From NCBI GenBank assembly GCA_036785375.1, contig JAWMAR010000289.1:2604001-2668000 (forward strand): DNA of 64,000 nt. The letters run 5' to 3'. Source of the DNA: Leucoraja ocellata (lineage: Eukaryota). The translations under genes and the position numbers were made by a program. The stretch's first letter is position 1, and the number at the start of each line of letters is the position of its first letter. Below are positions 1-12,025 of the stretch, one piece after another. Below the pieces are notes generated by a model, which saw nothing but the letters and a program-made list of their open reading frames with translations, was not told the origin of the DNA and searched no databases.

Positions 1-948
1 CTTTCCCGTAAATGATGCGACAAGATCAGAAAGAACTTCCTGAAGTGAGAGAGAACGAAAAAAAACCCCGTTAATCAAACAAATTCAAATGCAAATTGTT
101 GCTTTCTTCACTGCTACTTAAGAACTTTATCCTGAGACTTGTAATCCTCCACCCACATCACTAGACCACCGTATGTCGCTCTGCATTCACCAGAAGGACT
201 GTTTGGGGCTGTGGCTAATGTGGTTATGGGAATCAAAGCAATGACAAAATATACGGACACTGGGAAGGGAAAGTTTGCTTTTTACACATCTGTATGTTGG
301 AGAACAGCTAATACTGAAGACCTGGCTTGGAGTCAAATAATGAGTTGAAATTGTTATTTCTGGCCAGTACTCCTTTTTTTTGTTTAAATGGGCTGTCCAT
401 TTTTATTATTTAAATGGAACAGGAATAAATATTTCTAGTGCCTGTGGTCTGGTTCTCCTCCAGGTTTAAAGGCCACACATACTTAGGGATTCCAAATCCC
501 AATCTACCTTTGGTTTGCAAACTGTAGTCTCTCTGCTTATCACTAAGAAATTAAGCATTTAGTTAATTAACACCCAGCTACCTGCCCAACCCTGCACCCC
601 TTAATAACACACACAGCAGTAACTTGTAGCCAGTTTATCTTTAGATTTTTCCTCGGTTCCAGGGACTTTCCAGTACTTCTTGTTCTGATACAGAGATTGG
701 AATAAACTAATAAATGACTTTGATGTTGAAGGAGCAGCCACCCTGCAATACAAACAGCAAATGTGGCTGCTATTGAGAGCAGTGTATGAACTAGCAGTAC
801 AACTTGTTATTCATTAACATTGCTACCACATATCTTGCTTCAAACAGGGGAATCAGCCTTCTGGCGAATGGTGTTACTATGGTGTAAAACCCAGATTATG
901 GTAACAGTCCCACCAGTGAGGGAAGTTGAAGGCAACAGATAATGTTAA

Positions 949-1137
949 CTCAGTAGGTCAGACAGCATCCCTGGAGAACATGGATAGGTGACATTTTGGG
1001 TTGAGACCTTCAGAAGAATGGTCTCAACCCAAAATGTCACCTATTCACGTTCTCCAGGAATGCTGCCTGACCTTCTGAATTACTCCAGCACTTTGTGTCC
1101 TTTTATGTATTAACCAACATCCACAGTTATTTGTCTC
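949..1137. mobile_element. Palindromic Penelope-terminus derivative with 13-bp TSD
   Basis: Inverted arms around ~1010. Direct repeat CAGATAATGTTAA at 936-948 and 1138-1150. Confidence 0.85.
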
Positions 1138-2094
1138 CAGATAATGTTAAATGTCTGTCCTTCTCATCAGTTGATAATACTAATTAACATTAATATGTGA
1201 CAGCAAACAAACCCAAAAGGTAAAATTGTTTTGAATATTGTAACTATGCAGCTTTCTGGACATTAAAATAGAATTTTCCCTGAAATATTTCAGTTTCAAT
1301 TGCAAATTATGATTCAATTCCAAAACGACTCCAGTAAATAGCAGAGTTATATTTAAACCAGCTCAAGAATTAATGCATAATCAAAATGTACCTTGATGTG
1401 ACGTCTGTCAACAGTCTGTAATATTTTCCCCATACACTCCATTAATTACCTTTGGTTTGCACTTGACCCAAGTGAGCAAGTGAAGTGAACAGAGCAGAAG
1501 CTGCGAGGATGATGGTTCCCTTACAGGGGTTCTTGCAGTCACAAAGCTAATGTTATGATAGATATGAACCATTTTTTTAAAACTAAATACTCCAGTTCGG
1601 GCTGACGAACCATACATCCAATGATACTTGTGCAGGAAGGAACTGCAGATGCTGGTTTGGATCAAAGCAAAAGTCCTTTCATTCACAATTTTTTAAATGG
1701 AAATAAGTTCTGAAGGGATGTCAAACATCAACGGCAGGCTAATAAATATCGATTAACTGGACTCTGCCTTCCTGGACAACCAAAAAGACTGAAAAAATAA
1801 AAGGAACTCTTTCGGGCTCTTGAGAATTCATCACCACATTCAATCAGTGTGGCCACTTGGTCACTTCAAAGGTCAACAGTTAGTAGTAGTCTAGCCAGGG
1901 ACTCGTCCTCTGGTCTTAAAGAAGGAATAGAAGTCCTTGGCATGAAAGTCGTTTTCACCAGATAACTATATATCCTACAGTAAAAATTATTATTGGTCCA
2001 ATAGAAATAATATAAAACAGAAGAAGAAAGTGGAAATGCTGAAAAGAGAGAATGAAGAATGGAGTGGATTCTTGGCACATCTAATTAAGCAGGC

Positions 2095-2600
2095 TAGACA
2101 CAAAATGCTGGAGTAACTCAGTGGGTCAGGCAGCATCTCATAGAAAAAATTTAAAAATAGGTGCAGAAGTTAGGCCATTCAATATGATCATGGCTGAAGA
2201 AGAGTCTCGACCCGAAACGTCGCCTATTTCCTTCGCTCCATAGATGCTGCCTCACCCGCTGAGTTTCTCCAGCATTTTTGTCTATCTAAAATCAATACCT
2301 CGTTCCTGCTTTTTCCCCCAATATCCCCTGATTCCTTTAGCCCTAAGAGCTAAATCTAACTTTCTCCTGAGAAAAAGGATAGGTGACATTTTGGGTCAGG
2401 AGCCTTCTTCAGTCTAGGTGTCATTTTGGGTCGGGACCTTTCTTCAGACTCCAGCGCTTCAGTTACTCCGGCATTTTCTATCTATTGAGTTACTCCAGCA
2501 CGTTATGTCTATCGAGATGCTGCCTGACCCGCAGAGTTACTCCAACATTTTGTGTCCATCCTTGGTATAAACCAGCATCTGCAGTTCTTTATTTCTGCAT
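2095..2600. mobile_element. Nested cluster: Penelope-terminus repeat, interrupted by a CR1 3' fragment (minus), itself interrupted by another Penelope terminus with a hammerhead core at 2194-2221
   Basis: GCTGGAGTAACTCAG...GCAGCATC motif resumes at ~2370. CR1 tail motif TTCAATATGATCATGGCTGA is split at ~2196. Confidence 0.75.
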
Positions 2601-3321
2601 CATAAAATAGGCTGTCAGATTATAAGACCATTATGAGTGAGAGGAGATGCAAATTCTAACCTAGTGCATTACATTCAGTCCTCACAATGTCATCTCTGCT
2701 ATATCAGAGAAATCAAATGCAGCTTGGGTGTTTTCCAATTAAGTGTATGCAATCAATGCCCACATTGTGGTCCCTCACAAAGAGAGTTCCCCTCATCAGT
2801 TGGGAATAATGATGCCAGCACTGATAATATGACAGCAAGTTGATCCAATGAATGGAATACAAAATTATTCAAAACAATTATTCTGTCTCTAAACATCAAA
2901 AACAGTTCTTGATTGGATAACTGCTTTGCACAACACTTCTTTTCATTTCCTCAAGTTGGCCCTGTGTTTTCCAGTCGCCTGCCTCTTTAATTCTTCACCG
3001 TATTGCTGCGCTTACTCTCCATGTTGCTACTACTATGCGTAGTGTAAGCTTGGGAAATAGCCCCTCATCTTCCTCCCAGGCACGTTTATAACATTGCAAC
3101 TTCAGATCGAGTTTAACAATTTCAGGCAATCTTGTGTTATTTAAAAAAAAGTGGTGGACCTTTATACCAATTTGTCTGTATTATATAGTTCCAACTGCTG
3201 GTTACAGTAATTGGTACCTTGACAACTTTGGTGTGCAGACAGTCTTTTTTCTTTCCACTTCTCCCTCTCTGCAAGTTGCACTTTTCTAGTACTGATGATG
3301 GATCCATCACCCAAAAGGCAC

Positions 3322-3442
3322 AAGAGATTGCAGATGCTGGAATCTTGAGCAGCAACAAAGCGCTGTAGGAACTGCAAGCCAGGCAGCATCAGTGGAGGGA
3401 AACAGCCAAACAATGTTTTGGATTGGGACCTTTCTTCAGCAC
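3322..3442 (-). mobile_element. Older Penelope-terminus repeat
   Basis: TGCAGATGCTGGAATCTTGAGC...GGCAGCATC...GACCTTTCTTCAG. Confidence 0.7.
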
Positions 3443-3535
3443 TTAGTTTTTACCTAAAACATATTGATTGATTTTCTTTATTGCCTCAGGAAAGCTGCCT
3501 TATATAATGTATACTTCCAACATTTTGTTCTTCTT

Positions 3536-3855
3536 GGTTTAGTTTATTAGTTCAGTTTAGTTTAGTTTAGCGATACAGTGTGGAAACAGGCTCTTTGGGT
3601 CACTGATTTCATGCCGACCAACAATCACCCCCATGCACTAGTTCTATCCTACACTCTAGGTATAATTTAGAGAAGCTAATTAACCTACAAACTCGCACAT
3701 ATTTGGAATGTGGGAGGAAATTGAGCACCCGGAGAAAACCCACACGGTCACAGGGAGAACGTACAAACTCTGTGCAGACAGCACCCATAGTCAAGATTGA
3801 ACCCAGGTCTCTGACATTTTAAGGCAGCAACTCTACTGCTGTGCCCCTAATGCCG
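3536..3855 (-). mobile_element. HE1-type tRNA-derived SINE
   Basis: (TTTAG)n tail, GTGGGAGGAAA..GAGCACCCGGAGAAAACCCAC body, B-box-like head. Confidence 0.85.
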
Positions 3856-3977
3856 CCTTTGTTTCAGCAGAAATGTCTTCATTTATCAGATAATCCTTTA
3901 ACCTATATGTGAGTTAACTATCTTCGCAGACACCTGGTACAAGTTACCTGGTACTAATATCCGCTATTATACAAAAT

Positions 3978-4272
3978 AGCAGTGCAGCTAGTATAATTGA
4001 TGTCTCAAAGTACCAGAGACACAGGTTCAATCCTGAACCCAGGTACGGTCTGTGTGGAGCTTGCACATTCTCCGTGACCCAGTGAATTTCCTCCGGGTGC
4101 TCCATTTTTTTTCCACATCCAAAAGCAATCTATAAATTGGCCCCAGCATGTCAGGAGTAGATGAGAAAGTGTGATAACATAGAACTTGTGTGAACGTGTG
4201 ATTGATGGTTGATGTGGACTTGGAGGGCCGAAGGGCCTGTTTCCATCTGTATCACGAAACTAAACTAAAGTA
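3978..4272 (+). mobile_element. HE1-type SINE
   Basis: CCAGAGAC..AGGTTCAATCCTG head; (AAACT)n tail. Confidence 0.8.
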
Positions 4273-7200
4273 AAATAACTTGATTTCAAAGATTGCCTGA
4301 AGTAGACTTTTACAGAAAACTTTCCCGAGCTCAACTGTGCTGGACTGGATACCATGAATATAACCATATAAAACACCATTGAACCATTGATAACTAGACT
4401 CAACTGTCCTAGACTGGGTAGGATGACGGAAAATCAGCCCTTGGCTGCTATTCAGTGAATTTCTGATAGATTGTACGAGTCAATACACTGAACTCATCTG
4501 AAAATGGGTTCTCCATATAATTCTCAGGTCACACAAGTGAGCTGCTTTTCAGACAAAACAGCATCCTTGTAACTAAGCAACAGTATGAAAAGACACCTGA
4601 ATAGGAGGAGGAAAAATACTCGATTATGAGGGGTGTTGATAAAGAAATATAATATTAAGGTAAATGGTATTTTGGGGGGGGTTTTGTTAACCAGACACAG
4701 AGCGCTGAAATGAATAGAAAGCTTGGCTAAGCCTTCTTTTTATACAATACAGATTTCATTTTAAATGATGGAAAGACTCACACAAGTCAGCATAAGAGTC
4801 TGCCCTTTTACAATTACTTTGGAACTTTTATTGCTAATGTTTCCATGACGCCCACTAAAGAATGTCAGTCGCCTGGATTTGAAGGAATGGTTCAAACAAT
4901 TGTTGACGAAAGGGTTAAAAAAAAAAAAAATCTCTCATTCACGAGAGCAGTCATTCATTAAAAGTAGCAAAGTGGGTGGGTTATTGGAGGCAGGGAGCGG
5001 TCAGTTTTTGCATCGAGGTCAAAACGAGACTGTGGTTGCTATTGTTAGGGATTACTGATGTGTGAATGGATAACGACAAGACCCAATGAATAATCAGCTA
5101 CATAAGGGTTTCAGGACCAAAATATCCAAGGTCCTGCATAAAACTCCATAGACAAATTGAATTTGGTTTTGGGAGGCGGTAGTGATGTTCTGAGAGATGA
5201 TAGAAGTAGCGAGAGGACCTTGATACTCTAAGTAGCATTAAGAATAAAAATAAGCTACCTTTGACATGCAAAAAAGATCCAGAGTCCCGTCATATGTCAA
5301 CCATGCAAGGAAACAGATGTTGGGAGGGGAAAGATTAGGAATGGGTGATGAAAAGCCTGGTCATAAATATAGGTCTTGTGACAACCTTTAAAAAGAGATG
5401 CAGAGAAGAGAGGATTAAGAAAGGGGCCCTGTATAAAAAAGAAATTAAATATAGGAATCAGATCTAGACCAAACTACTTAAAATATATGTTCCAAAAAGT
5501 AATTTTCAAATGTGTTGATCTTTTAAAATTACTTAAAGCATAATTATCTGTGAATGCATTTTAAAAGATACTTTCAGAGGCAACACATCCTTTAAGTTTT
5601 ATTGTTTCTTCAGTCATTAATATTTAACGTTCTGTTCAATGAAAAGCACTCACTAAATTCAAAATAAACCAACTGGAGCTAAACCTTTTCAAATTCTTTC
5701 ATATTCTACAAGGATAGGGATCCGGCCCCAAACCCCCCTCCTTCTCCTCACCTTTCACCCCATAACTGCATTAGCATTCAACAAGTCATCATTACCTCCC
5801 AGGTCCTCCAATTATCAGCATGTCAGGAGAGTTGTGGCTTTGCTGTAATTACAGTATGTTTTTGGGTGTCTTGGCAAAGAGGCAATCTGCGGAACTCCAT
5901 CACAGACAGTTTTCTGAATTGAGGCAACTCAAGAACTAGTCACCAAGAACTAATAGAGAATCCCAGCAGTTGAAGAGTAATTCAATGCATGCTAACCACC
6001 CATTTCTCTGCCTTCTACTGCATGACTGAAGTTAATAACACATCTGCTGATGCTCAATGTATTTCATGACACTCAATGTCCATGGAGTTGTTGGCAATTT
6101 ACAAAGGGAACTTGCTGGCTGAGTTTTAACTTTAGCTGCAATGGTGCTGAGATATTTCCCAATGGTCATTATTTTTCTGGCCTTGATCAAACGCCCAACT
6201 CTTGCAAGGACAGGAAAAGAGAAGGCCTAACATATGGCTGTTAGTGGTAAATTGATGAATTTTGCCTTTCCATAGATGGTTGCTGTCAGGCCTCATTTCC
6301 AGGGTCTGATTCTATGTCATTGTGTGGCTCATCAGGTGTCCTTTATTGGTGGAGATGTAGGCATTGCTGGCTAGACCAGCATTTATGATCTGTCTTGAAC
6401 TGCCCTGAACAGAGTGGGTTGATGTAGAACAAGGTGGCTGCTTAATGCTCTGGATAAGCATTATACAACCACCAAAATGGTAGGAGACGTGGGAATAAAG
6501 TGGGACTGCAGAAGTGAGAACATTTGCCAAACCAGATCTTCACGAGTGGTTTAGTATACATGAGGGGCCTCATGACACAGCTATGCTCCAACACTCTAAT
6601 ATTCCAAGGCTTTTTATCAGTTTGCAATTATAATCCACTTAGATCCTCTAAGTCTCTATGACTAACATTTTCCTTAACTCCCCAGGTCCTCCACCTACCC
6701 CCAACCCACATTAATTTGGCAGTAATATGCCTCTAGTCAAAGTTAACTTTCCCCATCCACATATACATCTAAATGTGGTTGCTGGACAGACAAGGCTCTT
6801 AAAAGTAGATGATTTCACAAACTGCTGCAGGGCAGATCAAAGGATTATATCACAGTAATTACCAGCATGACAAGACAGTTAATCAATAAATATTATCCTG
6901 CCAAACTAATTTAGACCAAACGAATTGTGGCCAAATTGCTGAAAGAGTAACAGACTTGGAGGTTGTTAACTAAATATCAGTCTGAAGTTAAAACAGTTTG
7001 TTACCATTTTCTTAATTGGGAGATTATGCTGTATCTTTAACCCCCTGCCATCAAAAGGTGTTTGCTATATAGTGTAGTTACTATTTTCTAGTCGCCTTAA
7101 TACACCATCAAGTGATACAGATGTTTTACTTAATCCATCAGGGGTGCCAATATACTGATTATTACTTGTACAATTAATGAATTATTATTAGTGATTTATT

Positions 7201-7904
7201 ATTTTCAGAAATCTCAAATTACCAGTTACATGATTTCCACGAATGCCCTGAAGAAACACAAATAAAACTAATAGGCATTTTTCCCCTACGGATCTATCCA
7301 CATTATTGATTCCTTTCAGATTGCCAATAAGTTACCATTTGCTCTGATTGATTGACTAACGTTATTTCGTCTCAATTGGTTTCACAGCTAGCTTCAAAAC
7401 AATACTAAAATACGTAGGTTAAACCTTTGTTTGCTACACTTAGGTAAAACGTCCTTCATTATGGATTTTAATTAAACTGGTTTGTTCAATAACGGGTTTG
7501 GGCTATAATGTACAGGGTTCTAAACATGGTCATGATGGTATTTCTGTTTGCAATCACTTAAAAGTAGGTGAACGAATGAATGTTCATCCCAGCTGAAAGG
7601 ACTTAACATCAGTCATAACATGTACCATTAAATCTTGCATGTTATAATGTCCAGATCTAGATGCCGGTATACAGAAGCACAGTTCTTTAACTACAAGTTA
7701 TACCTTCCACTTCCCTGCCCAATAACAGTATTAAGGACTTGCAGGTTAGGAACACACATCAGGGGCAATAAGTTATAAAGCAGCAACGTTTTGTAAAGAG
7801 TCAGCAAACATTTGTGGTGATACCACGAGTTGCTATGGCATCAAACGATAGGCCAAAGTTATGAAAAGGATGTTCAATAGACAGAATGAAAAGTAAGAGT
7901 TCAG

Positions 7905-8110
7905 CCATATTCAAAAGGTGGTGCCTGGAACCTGGTGCCTTATGGCACTGCCAGGGGCGATGGTTCGAGGCTGATACGATAGTGACAATTAAGAGACATT
8001 TTGATAGGCAGGGAAGTGAGATATATGGATTATATGCAGGTCAATAAAATTTGGTCTTGGCATCATGTTCGGCACAGACGTTGTGGGCTGAAGGGCCTGT
8101 TCCTGTACTA
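7905..8110 (+). mobile_element. CR1 3' fragment
   Basis: GGTGGTGCCTGGAAC...GGGCTGAAGGGCCTGTTCCTGT. Confidence 0.7.
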
Positions 8111-9532
8111 TCTGCATCAAGGAGGACAAAGGTAGCAGGCACGTAGGAACACCACCACCTGCAGGTTCCCCTCCAGGCTGCATATCTTACAGATTTTAAA
8201 ATATTTTACCATTCCTTTGTCATCTCCGAGTCACGGTGGGAATGCCTTCATTGTAAGGACTGCGGCTCAATATCAACTTGCAATGGGCAATTAGGATGGG
8301 AATTAAATGCCGGCCTTGTCAGTGATGCCCAAATCCTCAAAAAATAAATTTAAAAATATGCAAACTAAACCCGTGGAAAATTATTTGGTAAATAAAATTG
8401 GTACCTGTGTATATATCCAATATCATTTCACATATTAAAATAAATGAAGGCTAATTTGATGATATTTCAAGCATAATGGAATTCACATTATCGACTCCTA
8501 ATTCACATTATGGATGTCAAGCATAAATATTCCAGTAGTAATATAAACCTTACCTCTTTTATTCTATTTTTATTTTACCTCTAATATTCCACACTCAATG
8601 AAGCTCACAGGCTTTAACTGGCTCTGAGCCAGTGGATGAGCTGCCGTTAGAAATCATTGGAATCCTTCTTTACAAAAACAGATCTTAACCATCGTTATTA
8701 CCACTGGTTTGTGTGAAATGTGTGAATCAGGTGCATGTGGAAGACTAGGCTACAATTTGATGGCCCATGTGCTCAAACTACCTGCTCAGTGAAGTACACA
8801 TGAACAATGAACTGATAGAATTGTCCCAAAGGGGACCAGTTATAAAGAGGTGGCAAAAAGACATAGTGAGAGTGTGGGAGAGACCCAGCACAAAATAAAT
8901 TCATTGCATTGCAATAACCATTTCTGGACCCTGCTGAGCCAATGTCGATGATCATAACGCCTTTTCCATCAAATATTGACCAAGTTTCTCAATTATCAAA
9001 TATTATTACCTTGCAAGAGGTTTCACAAAAAAAAACTGCATTGAGAAAAATTCCATAAAACCTGTTTTCCAGTGTTTCCTGCAATGTAATTTACATTTTC
9101 CTGAAAATGCACAGTCTTCTTTCTTTGCCACAGGCATCAAGATCAGCCATCATACGACTCTTTGATGTGCTCACTGGATCTGTTAAGGCCTGCCCTAGTA
9201 AGAAAACACCTCCAATCTGGTAACAAAACATGCTCTAACGGAGCTTTTCTTTACAAAAGGGAAGTTCACAGTCGCCATTATGACTTATCTTCACCGGTGC
9301 ATGTCCAACACCTGGACAGTTGTTATGGCTAACTGACTGCTAATGAGTCTAATTAGCCCATGAGGGTAGGGGCCGGCAGTGAAACCTAATTAAAACCTAC
9401 AGAACAAGGCCAGACCTACTGTTGAAAATTATGTTTGTTTTCTAGTCAACAAGAAGTTGGACACTAGTCATTAGCAAAATGACATGGAGTTGCTGGTAAT
9501 TAAGAACTTGAAAGGAAAGTTTGACTAAACAT

Positions 9533-9820
9533 AAGACTTTATACATACAGTGTGGAAACAGGCCATTCGGCCTAAGAGTCCGTGCCTACCAGCGATCACC
9601 CCATACACTTGCACTATCCTACACACTAGAAACATTTTACAGTTTGCAGAAGCCAATTAACCTATAAAACGACAAGTCTCTGGAGTGTGGGAGGAAACCG
9701 GAGCACCCAGAGAAAACCCACACAGTCAAAGGGAGAATGCACAAACTCCATACCGACAGCAACCATAGTCAGGATCAAACCCGGGTCTCTGGCACTGTCA
9801 GGCAGCAACTCTACCACCCT
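9533..9820 (-). mobile_element. HE1-type SINE
   Basis: Same body as 3536-3855. Confidence 0.85.
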
Positions 9821-9974
9821 AAATGATGACTAATTACTCTAGAACTTTAATAATAAATAATCAATAGAAACCAGGGGCTTTAAAACACATCCCCTTTCTT
9901 TAGCCTTGCGGAATAACTGGTTAAAACCAGTGACTGACAATTGACACAAGAGAGTGGATTTAATGCAAAGTCTG

Positions 9975-10212
9975 AGGGCATTAATATTACCAATGATCTG
10001 TCGTGGACCAAACAAATTGATGCGCCAGCCATACCAACGTGCCCTACTTCCCCTGAGGAAATTTGGCATGTTTCCAATGACTTACGAACTTCTACAGATG
10101 CACCAGAGAAAGCATACTGTTGGGTTGCATCACAGCTTGGTTTGCAAAAAGGTCTAACCAAGGCCGCAAGAAATTGCAGAGTTGTGGATGTAGCCCTGTT
10201 CATCACACAGAC
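9975..10212 (+). mobile_element. Rex1/Babar-type LINE RT C-terminal fragment
   Basis: Frameshifted peptides GINITNDLSW, LRKFGM, NFYRCT.ESIL.GCITAWF. Confidence 0.75.
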
Positions 10213-10527
10213 CTCTCAGAACCTCAGACGGTCTCTCAGAGCCTCAGAAGGTCTATGTGGCCGGGCTGGAGGTGGTTGGGCCCCAAAGGAGCAATCTATT
10301 TCCCCCCCAGGCCATTTCTAAGCCTGGCATGCAGTTGCTAGACAAGGCATAGGTCAGTCATGGCAAGAATATTCCTTGGAAGTTTCCTGAAAAATATGAT
10401 TCTGATGACGACCATCTATTTCTTTCATATCATAAATTGGAAATACCTGTATGCTAAATAAAACTTTACACCAAAGATCCTTGAGCAGAGCTATAGGATC
10501 TTTGCTTTACACTGAACCTCGGTACAT

Positions 10528-10630
10528 CTGAGTTGGATGATCAGCCATGATCATATTGAATGGCGGTGCAGGCTCGAAGGGCCGAATGGCCTACTCCTGC
10601 ACCTAATTTCTATGTTTATATGTTTCTATG
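10528..10630 (+). mobile_element. CR1 3' tail fragment
   Basis: GATCAGCCATGATCATATTGAATGGCGGTGCAGGCTCGAAGGGCCGAATGG. Confidence 0.88.
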
Positions 10631-10964
10631 TGACAATAATAAATATAATCCCTAAACCCATACCCGTAGTTCCCCGACAATCCTAGACTACAGGACTGGG
10701 GTCATTTTAGATTAATTAATTTCAGGTATGCCATAGAGGCAGCTGCAGGACAAAACATGTGTGATTTTCTCCCGAGTCAAGGGGAAAGAAATGGATAGAC
10801 AGAGACAGACAATGACATTGACATTTTTCCTGATGTTATTTAATAATCATGAATGAGAAATTTGCGGGTTACATAAATCGTACCTGGAAATATGCCCAAG
10901 GAATTTACCCCAAGATCTTTCAGGGTCATGGCCACAGGCTTCCTTTGGTGCTCCAAAAGAAGCA

Positions 10965-11612
10965 GGGCCCCAGACGGGGGTCCAGGCACAGCTGGAGGTC
11001 TGGACACAGGGGGCCCACAGCTGGGGGGGTCTGCATACAGGGGCTCCCTATCAGGGAGGTCTGGGTGCAGAGGACCTACAGTTGGGGATCCAGATACAGG
11101 GGGCCATCTCCAGTGGTCTTGGCACAGGGGACCCACAGCTGGGTGTGTGGGCACAGGAAGCTCACAGCTGGTCCGGGTACAGTCTGCCCTGTCGGGGGGG
11201 GGGGGGGGGGGGTCTATGTACGGAAGACCCATAGAGAGGCATTTAGCCACAGAGGGCCCTCTCGGGTGGTGTTGGTGCAGGGGGCTCCACAGCTGGGGGC
11301 GGGGGACAGGAGCTCACAGCTGGGGGTCTAGCACAGTGGGTCTACAGCTGGAGGCCCACAGGGGGCTCACAGCAGGGGGTCCAGGTACGGGGTCCTATCA
11401 GGGAGTATCAGGTACAGGTGGAGGGGTCCAGGTACAGGGGGCCAACAATGGGGGTCTGGTCACCGGATCCACGCACATGGGTCCCCATCTAGGGATCTGG
11501 ATACAGGGATTCGCACCCAGAACGTCCACAGCTAGGTGTCCCGACACAGGGGACCCCAATTGAGGATCCAAGCGCAGGGATCAACAGCTAGGGGTCGGGC
11601 ACAGGGGGCCCA
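10965..11612. repeat. GC-rich degenerate minisatellite, unit ~29 bp (GGGGGTCCRGRCACAGGGGGCCCACAGCT)
   Basis: About 20 recurrences of CACAGCTGGGG / ACAGGGGG motifs. Confidence 0.85.
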
Positions 11613-11897
11613 AATTCAGATCAAAGCCTGACTTTGTGTTCCCACGAAACATAGCAGATAAATAGAACTATGCAAAGACCATTCAACCCTTGCCTAATTT
11701 GGTCACAATGACCTTTTAGAATATATAGCCCTTGGTGGCTTTGCCAAATCTTCACTGTAGGAATCCTAAACAATTCCTGCTCTCCCCTCATGACTTTTGC
11801 TTTTGATGGCTCTCTTTCTCCAGTAGATCACCACTCTTGTCATACAAGCTGCCCTGGTATCTTTCTCAACTGCATCCCTGAGGCAAGGCAATCAATG

Positions 11898-12025
11898 AGT
11901 CTGAAGAAGGATCTCGACCCAAAACTATTCCTTTTCCCCAGAGATGCTACCTAGCCAGCTGAGATACTCCAGCTTTTTGTGTCTGCCTTAGGTTTAAACC
12001 AGCAGCTGCAGTTTCTTCCTACACA
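11898..12025 (+). mobile_element. Penelope-terminus repeat (decayed hammerhead core)
   Basis: GTCTGAAGAAGGATCTCGACCC...GAGATGCT...CTGCAGTTTCTTCCTACAC. Confidence 0.8.

Noticed and set aside
4330-4417. 19-bp imperfect direct repeat around an ACCAT-rich spacer
   Set aside because: Could be a tiny tail-only insertion but is too short and diverged to assign.
10840-11563. Overlapping 136-223 aa Gly/Pro-rich ORFs
   Set aside because: Produced by a stop-poor GC-rich minisatellite. No domain or splice evidence.
10965-11612. CRISPR-like repeat/spacer array
   Set aside because: Degenerate tandem units with no unique spacers, no cas genes, and a vertebrate context.
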